DNA from: Chiloscyllium plagiosum
Taxonomy: Eukaryota
NCBI RefSeq assembly: GCF_004010195.1
Contig: NC_057752.1
Span: forward strand, 2,776,711-2,817,776
Direction: 5' to 3'
DNA length: 41,066 bases
Made by a program: the position numbers and the translations under genes. A model generated the notes under the pieces. That model searched no databases and had not been told where the DNA came from. It was given only the letters and a program-made list of their open reading frames with translations. Of the stretch, positions 22,355 through 32,272 are shown piece by piece. Every line of letters starts with the position of its first letter. Within the stretch, counting starts at the first letter, position 1.

Positions 22355-24010
22355 AGATCATGTGCACATTTTGTAACCCGTGTTAGCCACATCCAGTGGC
22401 TACTTAGTTTAGCATCTGTCATTGGGAAAATGTTTGAGTCTATTTTCAGGGATGTAATTGCAGTGCATTTAGAAATATGTGATGTGATCAAGCAGAATTA
22501 GCATGGCCACATGAAAGAGTGATCATGTCTGACAAACTTACTAGAATTCTTTGCGAAGGTAACAAGGAGGATAGATAAAGGTGAATCAGTGTATAAATTT
22601 GGATTTGCACAAGGCTTTTGACAAAGTGACACACTTTAGGTTACTTATTAAGATAAGAGCCCATGGTGCTGGAAATAGAATATTAGCATGGATAGAGGAT
22701 TGGCAGCTATCCATTAGAAGGTAGAGAGTTGAGATAACGGGGTAATTTCAGGATGGCAACCTGTAACCAATGGAGTGCCACAGGGATCAGTGCTGGGGCC
22801 ACAGTTATTTACAAACTATATGAATGACTTGGATGAGGATGTGAATGCAGTATTGCTAAGTTTGCAGATGATTCAAAAATTGGTGGGAAGGGAAGTAGTG
22901 AGAATGACACAAGAGTCTGCAGAGGGACATAGACATGTTAAGTGAGTGGGCAAGAGCTTAGGAGATGGAATATAATTAGGAAAAATGTGAAGTTATACAC
23001 TTTGACAGGAAGAATAGAGGAGATGAATATTATTTAAATGGAGAAAGACTGAAGAAAGCTACAGAGCAGAGGGATTTGTCCATGAATTACAAAAAAGCTG
23101 GTATCCAAGTTCAGTGGGTAATAGGAGAAAGTGAGGACTGCAGCTGCTGAAGATCAGAGTCGAGAGTGTAGTGCTGGAAATGCACAGCAGGTCAGGCAGC
23201 ATCCGAGGAATAGGAGAATTGACATTTCAGGCATAAGCCCTTCATCTGCCCTTCCTGATGAAGGACTTATGCCCGAAACGTCGATTCTCCTGCTCCTTGG
23301 ATGCTGCCTGACCTGCTGTGCATTTCAAGCACTACACTCTCAACTCAGTGGGTAATAGGGAAGGCAAATGGAATGTTGGCCTTTATTTCAAATGGAATGG
23401 AGTGTAAAAGTAGAAAGGTTTTGCTAAAACTATACAAGGCATTAGTTGGATCGCAACTGGATACTGTGAAAAGCTCTGGGCCCCTTATCGAAGGAAAGAT
23501 AGACTGATATCGGAGACAGTCCAGAAAAGGTTCACTCGACTGATCCCAGGGACAGTGGGACTGTCTTATGAGGAGAGGTTGAGTAGGTTGGGCCTGTACT
23601 CATTGGAGTTGAGAAGAATGAGAGGAGACCTTATTGGAACATATAAAATTCTTATGTGACTTGGCAGGGGAGATATGGAGAGATTATCTTCCCTTGTGGG
23701 AGAGTCTCAGACCAGAGGGCATCATCTCAGAATAAGGGCTCGCGCATTTAAGACAGAGATGAGGAGGAATTTCTTCTCTCTGAGGGGAGTGAATCTGTGG
23801 AATTCTTTACCACAGAGGGCTGTCAAGGCTGCGTTATTATTCAAGGTTGAGATAGACAGACTTTTAATCAGAAAGGGAATCGAGAGTGTATGGGGGAAAA
23901 GGTAGGAAAGTGGAGTTGAGGTTGATCAGATCAGTCACGATCTCATTGAATGGCAGAGCAGACTTGATGGGCTGAATGGCCTACTTCTGCTCCCATGTCT
24001 TATGGTCTCA
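22355..24010 (+). mobile_element. CR1 LINE ORF2 (reverse transcriptase) to 3' end, decayed, interrupted at 23126-23344
   Basis: Translated motifs SCLTNLLEFF, KAFDKV, GVPQGSVLGP, KFADDSKIGG and FKTEMRRNFFSLRGVNLWNSLP, with stops and frameshifts. Confidence 0.93.
23126..23344. mobile_element. ~220-bp palindromic non-autonomous element with a hammerhead-like core, inserted in the CR1 with a 15-bp TSD
   Basis: TSD TCAGTGGGTAATAGG at 23111-23125 and 23345-23359; inverted arms ~23157-23246 and ~23257-23346; CTGATGA...GAAACGTC at 23255-23282. Confidence 0.88.
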
Positions 24011-24611
24011 TACATCCATTGCAGCTGCCTTTGACCGAGACCAGTCAGTGTGAAGAGGCAGAAGGAGCAGGCATGTTGCTTATTGTGTCCCCTGCTGTGG
24101 TCTCTACCTCAAGTATTCTGTGGGACACTGTTCAAAGCTAAGTAATTACAACTGGTATAATACTTTACCCCCAACTGTACATTTTATTAATTTATATCAC
24201 TTCATTCTCGGTAACCAAAATATAATTAGCACAGAACATGGTTTTGTAGGCATCAAATGAACAGAAAAGTTTAACATGTAATCTCACCTTACCTAGAAAT
24301 ATCAATTCCCTTTTCCTATCTACCAAAATTTCAAAGCAACTAATTGATTATGAAGCTTTTTAATGATTGTTTCTGCATAATATAACAAGGTGCCATCTCT
24401 ATTTTGCCCATGTTTTTGTAAATGATGGTATTTTGTTGAAAACACAATTTTCAGATTAAATAAGAGTAGGTGTGTGATAAAGGTTGTATTTTAATTTACC
24501 TTTAGGATTGTGCCACTAATGAGGATTACAAATAACTGAGGTGTATCTGTGAAGTCTCTCTGTAGCTTTCTTTTGTCAAGTTGCTAAGAATTGTTCTGTA
24601 TCTTTTCCCAG

Positions 24612-24692
24612 TACATGCCTGCCACCACAGCAATACAAGGGACATACATTCCTCAGTACAACCCAATGCCTCCCTCCAATGTATCTGTCGAG
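24612..24692 (+). CDS. RBMS2: RBMS2-like exon: YMPATTAIQGTYIPQYNPMPPSNVSVE
   Basis: Acceptor TCTTTTCCCAG, donor GAG|GTAAGT, 81 nt, phase 0-0. Confidence 0.93.
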
Positions 24693-24899
24693 GTAAGTCC
24701 CTTGAAACCCGAGACTTGCTGACTGTTCTTGTAGGGTAGACTGCAGGAGGCCATTCATCCCAGCGTTGTCTGTCCTAGCTCTTTGCAGGAGCAATCCAAT
24801 CTCATCCCACTGCCACACTCATTCCTGTTGTATGTTTCCCGGTTTCAGAGTTTTGTCCATATTTCTTTAAAAATATGCAGTGATCTCCATCTCAAGTAT

Positions 24900-25020
24900 A
24901 CCAACTAGGAAACTGGTTAACAGCGGATGAACTGATTTCACCAATATGGCTGAGAGACTTTCATCAAATCACTCAAGGCGGTTTGTGAAGCTGAGGCTCC
25001 ACATTGTACCAGTGCAGCCA
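24900..25020 (+). repeat. 121-bp direct repeat, copy 1 (copy 2 at 25996-26116)
   Basis: Five mismatches by manual comparison; this copy is bracketed by AGTATACCAA at 24895-24904 and 25020-25029. Confidence 0.95.
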
Positions 25021-25995
25021 GTATACCAAGTCCTTACAGAAATAAAGGGAGCTTTCACTCAGTCCAGATAAATCTCTGTCCACAGCTGACAGAATTGCCC
25101 CCTGTTCACTTTCAAAATTCTTTTGATTTTTCAAGAATCTTCTATTAAATCTCCTCTTGGCTTCTTTTGCTCCAGTGGAAATAGTTTCAGGATTTGTAGT
25201 GTCTCCACATATCTGTTACTTCTCACCTTGGTGAATCTACACCATTCACACTCTTAATGTCCTTTCCGTAATGAGGAATGAGCACGTGCTTTGTATCACT
25301 TTATCATTCTTTCTTTGTTCTTATACTCTTTTTCTGAAATCCTGGCATTTTATCTACCTGCAGTCACATGTTCCAGGATTGTGGATTTGAGTCTTGAAAA
25401 CTTTCTCAAGTTTGGTCTTTCCAAAATGTTTGACCTCACAAAACTCCATCTGCCACCAGCCTTCCCATTGCCCTAAGCAAGTCAGTCCTGGACAATGGGA
25501 TTCTTTCCTCAAATTTAGTATTTCCCCTCTCAACATCAAGCATTTGAAGATTAGCTAGATTGGTAGCCTGTTACAGTTCATTCTGGGAGTTGGGGTTGCT
25601 ATGGCAACATGCACTTTTACATGCATGTTCTAATCTGGAGCGATGGACAGTGATACAACTTCTTTCCATCACATGGCTGACCAGGAGTCTCTCTTGCTCT
25701 TACTGTCCACTATTGGCCTACGTTGAAAAGATTTTCAACTTAACACACTTTTCTTGTGTATCAAGTCCTGGAGTGGGGCTTCAACTGGGAGCTTCTAGTT
25801 CAAGAAGTAGGGACACTAGCCCACTGCGTCACAAGATCTCCTCAGCTTAATCTTAGCATAGTTCAAATACAAGAAGTACCTCCCTCCAACACTGGCCTAG
25901 TTTGAACCTTGAAACAATTGTCTTTCTTTAGCATCCATCGACTTAGCATTTCTGGGCAAATTATGGCAGGTTAGTGGTGAATTCCAGATGGTTAC

Positions 25996-26116
25996 ACCAA
26001 CTAGGATACTGGTTAACAGTGGATGAACTGATTTCACCAATATGGCTGAGAGACTTTCGTCAAATCACTCAAGGCAGTTTGTGAAGCTGAGGCTCCACAT
26101 AGTACCAGTGCAGCCA
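25996..26116 (+). repeat. 121-bp direct repeat, copy 2
   Basis: ACCAACTAGGATACTGGTTAACAG...AGTGCAGCCA matches 24900-25020. Confidence 0.95.
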
Positions 26117-26575
26117 TTTTGAGATCCTCCTGATTGATTGAGCAACAAGCTTACCAACAGCCAGGATAAGTGGCCGCTGGCCGTTTAAACCATCTCCTGG
26201 TTCTTATTATATCGCGGTGCCTGGCAATGGGTATCACATAGCCATTGGCAACACAGAACCGACTGGCATGAGCAGGTCCTGGACCAGGAGATGTAAACGG
26301 AGCTGTCGGGCAGAGCTGCTTCAACTTGGGGCTGCTTGTTAAGTGCCCTGCTGCTGCGAATCACATATAAAAAGCACTCGGCTACACTTTGGGTTCTCGG
26401 GATGTTAACTCAGTGTGTTTAATGATACGAGTGCGCGAGGGTGGGACACCAGGCTTTTGAACTCTGACCAATCATTAGATTTCTCCATCATCCTCACCGT
26501 TCCTTTGCCAAGCCTTTACTGTAAACAACATGGGAAAGCTTGCTTGTGTGACAGCTTCATGTTTTCCCATTGCAG

Positions 26576-26656
26576 GAACCCAGTGGCCAGCAGCAGCAGG
26601 TTGCTATGGAAACATCCTCTGAACATGCAACCTATTCCTACCAGCACAGCAAGTAA
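26576..26656 (+). CDS. RBMS2: RBMS2-like last coding exon: EPSGQQQQVAMETSSEHATYSYQHSK*; the exon continues 7 nt to a donor at 26663
   Basis: Acceptor TTTTCCCATTGCAG; TAA at 26654-26656; donor GAG|GTAGGA after 26663. Resembles the RBMS2 C-terminus (ESSGQQNQVAVDAPSEHGVYSFQFNK as I recall it). Confidence 0.92.
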   Translation, partial: EPSGQQQQVAMETSSEHATYSYQHSK

Positions 26657-26872
26657 ATCTGAGGTAGGAAGCTAATCCTCTCAGTACGACATTTCTGTTG
26701 CACCTCTTCAAGTTGCTCCTTCCTCCCTGAAAGTTCTGTTCCTCATGTGAAACGTCCACCTGTCCCACATTCTCTCTCGACACCCATCTCTTACTGATGC
26801 CACTCTTGATGCCATCTTCTGTGAACTACACACGGAGTCCTGTCTTCCATGTTTCTTTTTCTCCACTGCCAG

Positions 26873-26958
26873 GAGACAATGGTCTGTTGGCTAGCAACTT
26901 CCTGTGCATGTGACATTCCTCATGTCCCCACTCTTACTCAGGTATTGCTAGCCAAGAG
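26873..26958 (+). other. Candidate 86-nt cassette exon inside the 3'UTR intron
   Basis: Long pyrimidine tract TCTTCCATGTTTCTTTTTCTCCACTGCCAG and donor GAG|GTAAGG. No transcript evidence available. Confidence 0.4.
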
Positions 26959-27394
26959 GTAAGGAATGATGGGTACAAACCTCTGTTTGAGCACCAACCT
27001 AGGACGCAAGCATCTGGCCACTTTTAGTTTTGATTGAACAGACGGGCAACAAGAACAGATCAAGGCTACCCAGGAAGACTGGGAAATTAGATTAAAGAAG
27101 GAATAAAAACGGACTGGAGAGCAGGGAAAATGGGATCAGAGCTGGGCAGTTTGCAGTGTGAATAGGCTGCAACATAGCGTTAGAATGTGAATCTTACCGA
27201 CCTGAGCATTTTGAAAATGCTCTTCTCTGGATTCCATCAAAATCCACCCCTAACATAAGACGAACCACCACAAGTAACATCAAACCCCGAAACCATGCTG
27301 ACAGGCAAGCAAGGCAGCCTTTAACAGGGAGAAACATAACTGGATATATACTTGTGTGTATATAGTGTTTTCTATAACTGCTGAATGCACCAAA

Positions 27395-27815
27395 GCACTT
27401 TTTACAGCCAATTAAGAATTTTTGTAGTCACTAAAGGAAATACACCAACCATTTTGTGCACAGCAAGCTCCTGCAATCAGGAAAATGACAATGACCAGTT
27501 ACTTCTTTTCTGGACTGATAATGAAGAGAGAACTTTTGAGCAGGAAACCAGAGATAATGTCATCAGCCCCCTTTCCCCATCTTTGAAATAGTGCCAAAGA
27601 ATCTTTTACAATCCATCTGAGCAAGCAAATGTGACATTGGTGTAATATCGCAACCAAAAGACAGTACCTCAAACAGTCCCTCAGTAAAGCCTTCCAACAG
27701 TGCCTCGGTACAGCCCTGGAGTGATACGCTGTATTTTTACACACAAGTCTTGAAGTAGGATTTGAACTTGCCATCTTGCAGTTCAGAATCAAGAGACCAT
27801 CGCTGACACAAGTCC
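27395..27815 (-). mobile_element. Deu-domain SINE (SacSINE1-like)
   Basis: TTTGAAATAGTGCCAAAGAATCTTTTAC and GCACAGCAAGCTCC are reverse complements of the Deu core and tail; B-box complement GGATTTGAAC near 27760. Confidence 0.6.
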
Positions 27816-27934
27816 TAGACTGTTGTTTGTCATAGTCCAATACCTGAATAGAAAACGTCATTCTTAAAATGATTGATACTAAGAGTCCCTTGCATTGTAC
27901 TGAAATCTTTCTTTAGATTAACTATTAGACTAAC

Positions 27935-28245
27935 TCCCCAATAACTGGGGAGTCCAGAACTAGGGATCAGAGTCTAATGATATGGGATTGGCCATTTAGA
28001 ACTGAGATGAGGAGAAATGTTTTCATCTAAAAGGTGGTCGGCCTGTGGAATTCTCTGTCACAGAAAGTGACTGAAACGAAAATATTGAATGTTTCTAAGA
28101 AAGAGCTAGATATATTTCTTCAGGACTAAAGGATCAAAAGGTATGAGGAGAAAGCAGGAACAGGGGGACTGAGTTGGATGATCAGCCATGATAATGTTAA
28201 CCCCTCTAAGGGCTGAATGGCCTACTCCTGTTCCTATCTACTATG
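27935..28245 (+). mobile_element. CR1 LINE 3' fragment
   Basis: Same family as 14628-14966 and 20745-21215. Confidence 0.85.
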
Positions 28246-30384
28246 TTTTTAACTAAAAGCAAATCTTAGAAGGGCGTAACAAGGGCCAGTGCATAATTAC
28301 AGACACTCACTGCTGAGAGTTACACATGAATAGCATATGGGTGAATTACCAGTGGGTACATGGCACCCGTGGAACTACAAACCAATATATAAGAGGTTCA
28401 TTAGTGTCAGGCTTGCAGTATTCCCTAGCAATTTATATCAGTCCTGGGCTCAAATCTCCCTTCAGGTAAGTCATAGAATCGATATCGATTTATCTGACGA
28501 CTTGTGGGCTGTCTCCAGAAAATGTACATGACTGTGGAAGCTGCTGGATACATGTAAAAAAAAAGATGCTTCATTGTCAATCTGATAGGAAATGGAAGCT
28601 GCCAACTGTACCTGGTCCAGGTTTACTTTATGTGGCCAAGGCTGAAGTAGCTTCACAGAGTCTTCAATTGTGAGGGAAATGGAGGATGGCTATATGCAGT
28701 GGCCCATCATCTTCATCTCCTCAGGGAAACGAGGGCTCAGAACGTAGCGCGTAGACCACAAACAGGCCCTGACCAACCAGTGCCTTTTTAAGATGCATCA
28801 TGCAACTACCCTGAGGGTTCATACGGTACAAGAAACAGGCCATGCACAGCAGAGAAAAAAAAACTGGAGGCAACATTGGGGTGAAGCCTTGCCAGTGTCA
28901 ACCCCAGTCAACCCCATCTTGAGAGAGAGAGAGAGCAACAAGGGACGCTGTGAGTTTGCACAGATCTGTTTTAAGTCTTGTTTTCTTTTCTTCCAGATGT
29001 GAGAGTGAGAAGATGAATGAATCAGCTCTCCTGAATCGGTGTGAACCTGAAACCAGACTGCTCTGGAGGGGGTGGGATGGGGGGAGGGGGGAGGGGGGGC
29101 AAAAACAACGAGAAATTTTTGCACAAGATTTGGGGAAAAAAATCACAAACGTTTTTCCTTTCATTTGTAAGACATTCAACAAAGGAAGAAAAAAACACAG
29201 CTATTTTGATAAACTTTCTACTTCAGTTAACCAGACATACCAAAATCGGTGGCAGAATCTGTGGAAAAGAGGTTTATTTTGATACGGAAAGAGAGCTTAT
29301 TTTTTTGAAAGTGCAACTATAGCAAATCATTATTTAAGCATTCTGAAACTGCTCAGAGTGAGAGAGGAGAAGATTACACATCAAATGTCTTTTTAACCGT
29401 GATTAGTTTTTTTTTGTTTTGTAAAATATCCAGGTTGATTTGAGTTCAAACCTTCACTAGGTGGAGTCCATGACCTTGTACAGTTACAAACTTAATAATG
29501 AATTGATTGTCTGTTGCTGCCATGACGATGATGTAGAGATTAGTGCGGTTTCAATTTTCTCCTTTTTAACATCCTCTGTGGGAACACTAACAGAAAAACA
29601 AACAGACAACTTCAAATTACAGTTTCTCTTCATCCGTGTTCTGACCTACACCTCCCCAAGAACCTTCCCTCCCGTTCTCACTTTACTTGGAAAAGGTTGT
29701 GGCTTTGGTTGAGTTAAATTAGTTCCAGTCGATGGCCCATTTCACGTAAAGCTTCAAGGATTGTTCCAAACAATCAAAATCAAAAAGTCATACAGCATGC
29801 AAGAGACCTTTGACCCATCATCTCTGTGCTGGCTTTTTGAAAGAGTGATTCAAATTCTCCGTATTTCCCTGCAAATATTTCTTTCATTCCTCTTTCGAAA
29901 GTTCTGATTGAATCTGCTTCTACACTCTTTCAGGCAGTATGTGGACATATAAAATAAAATTCTCCTTGTCTCCCTCCTTCACTTCAATACTGTAAATTAG
30001 TGCCTATGACTTTGAGAGAGCAATGCCAAACGTGGTAAAATAGGCCTACAGCTTGCACTTTCATTGATGCTTTTAGGATGAGGTTTATAAACCAGCATAA
30101 TAATTTCAGAGCTGATCAGAGAAAGAACCTCTTAGAGTGATTTACCAGCCAAAAGTGTTCATTATTCAGCTGGATGCTGTCAGAGGAGAGTTCAGCTGCT
30201 GGGGTCATTTTATAAACGTGACTATTATTTGTCATCATTGATTTTAAAGGGAGCTTGAGTGGCTTTGAGTCACATAGTTCTCCCAAAAGCATACCTTTGC
30301 TATGCTCCCATTAAAAGATTTTAAAAAACTTGTATAAAAAAGGAAAGCAAAGATAAAACAACCTGCTTGATTAGCACCTGATCC

Positions 30385-30757
30385 ACCATTTCCAACATCC
30401 ACTCCCTCAATAGCAGCAGTGTGTACTATCTATAAGATGAATTGCGGAAATTCACCTAAGTTGCTTAGACAGCACCTTCCAAACCCACGACCACTTCCAT
30501 CTAGAAGGACAAAGGCAGTAGATACATGGGAACACATGGGAATTCCCCTCCAAGTCACTCATTTTCCTGACTTGGAAATAAATCACCATTCCTACAGTGT
30601 TGCTGGGTCAAAATCCTGGAACTCCCTCCCGTTGTGGATCTCCCTGCAGCACATGGACTGCAGAGGTTCAATAAGGCAGCTCACCCCCACCTTCTCAAGG
30701 GGCAATAAATGTTGGCCTAACCAGCAACACCCCCATCTTGTGAATGAATAAAAAAAT
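30385..30757 (+). mobile_element. CR1/L2-group LINE 3' end (second family)
   Basis: Translation CTIYKM.C.NSPKLLRQHLPNPRPLPSRRT...SVAGSKSWNSLP; ends TGAATGAATAAAAAAA; second copy at 38543-38847. Confidence 0.8.
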
Positions 30758-31849
30758 GACATTTGCCATATAGAAAGAACCACATTTACTTGGAGTTAAA
30801 TTATATAATTCCTGCACTAAAAACATGTACAATATATTGATTCTCTAAAATGAACGGGGCTAGGTTTCTTTGTGTTGTGTGCGGAAAGAAGCTTTTTAAA
30901 TGTGCAAGTAGCCCCAAGATCAAGACATTTGAGCTGACTGAGTATTGGAAAGGCCATTGAAGTCCATGAGATCCTCTACCCAGGGTACATGGCTGAATAT
31001 TTATCAGATCCTCCCTCTATCATCTCACAGGAAAACTGACAACTGAGCAATGATATCTCACTGGTCCCAATCCTCTTTTGACCTGATTTTATTACCATAC
31101 CCTGAATTGAAAGGTGCCAACTAAGCCTATATCATTTTGCTATCTGTGTGAAAGCTCTGGTTGTGTGAGGAGAAATCTCTAATATTATGTGAATTTTATG
31201 TCATTCATTTGTGTCAGTTAAGACAATGAGGATGACATGGCGCTTTAGGAGAATCTAACAAAGTCCAGTTAGTTGAAAGGATTCCTCATTTGATTTTGAA
31301 TGCCCCTGATCACTTTCTAAATGATGAACAAAGGGAATCTAACTGAGAGATGGCTGACTGATTATGCAACAACTTTAATTCATTCACGTGCTGGCTTTGT
31401 TTCATTGTGAGATTTGCGAATCTCAGGCATTATTATGGTTATCCTCCACGTGTGTAAAACAGCTCACTCATGCCCGTAGTGAGCCCACCTCCTGTCCTGC
31501 CCAGTCAACACCCACTGACACTTACCCTCATGGGTAAATAAGTCAAGGATGCCATACACAAACCCCTCTTGTCAGGACTCTCAGGTAAATGGGAGTGTGT
31601 GTGATAAGAATGGTCACAAGAGGGAGCCCTTTCACTGTGTGGCCCTGTTCCAACTTGATGCATCCCACAGCTTCCAGAACAGTGAAGCTGATCAAAAATA
31701 GCTGCATTTTAAACTAGTTCAGATTTTTTTCATTCAAAGATGGCTGGTTCGCTGGAGGGATTTTTGTTTTAATATGACATCTATTGAAAAACGTGCATCT
31801 TGGAAGCGTCTTTGTGTTGGATGTAGCCCATTTGTAACGTTGCCCAGGT

Positions 31850-32105
31850 GTCAATTTGGCAGGTGGCAACTGTTGAAAGGTTGTGGGTTCAGGTCTCATT
31901 CCCATTAGAGCGCAAGATAAGGGCTGAAGCTTCACAGCAGACTTAGAACTGAATGATAAAAATTTATTGTAGCAGGAGGCCATTTGGCCTTACTCTGTGT
32001 GCATGTGCTGGATCTTTGTTGTCTTTCAGATGTTAACCCAAAATCCTGTCTGCTTCTTAAAGTGGACACAAACAAATACCATGGCACTATTTGAAGTGCA
32101 AGGAA
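31850..32105 (+). mobile_element. Deu-domain SINE fragment
   Basis: GGTTGTGGGTTCAGG head; GTCTTTCAGATGTTAACCC...CCATGGCACTATTTGAAG Deu core. Confidence 0.55.
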
Positions 32106-32119
32106 TTTTAGACTATATG

Positions 32120-32272
32120 ACATAGGAGTAGAAGTAGGCTATTCAGCCCATCAAGTCAGCTCTACCAATCAATTATGTCACTGCTGCTCTGATAATCTTC
32201 AACTCCACTTTCCTGCCTTTTCTCTATAACCCTTGATTCCCTTCCTGATTAAAAATTTGTTTCAGCCTTGAA
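32120..32272 (-). mobile_element. CR1 LINE 3' tail
   Basis: CATAGGAGTAGAAGTAGGCTATTCAGCCCATCAAGTC is the reverse complement of the tail at ~23960-24000. Confidence 0.8.

Noticed and set aside
22355..24010. Active reverse transcriptase gene
   Set aside because: Multiple stops, frameshifts, 5' truncation and an internal insertion; a dead CR1 copy.
24920..25000. Possible duplicated C/D-box snoRNA (GGATGA...CTGA) within the 121-bp repeat
   Set aside because: Box C is non-consensus, there is no clear terminal stem or recognisable rRNA guide, and the flanking 10-bp duplication explains the copy more simply. An Rfam search would settle it.
11614..26656. Assignment to RBMS1 or RBMS3
   Set aside because: [31 protein letters not shown] and the C-terminal SEH..YS.Q..K fit RBMS2 better by my recollection of the paralogues. 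Phylogeny and synteny are needed to make this final.
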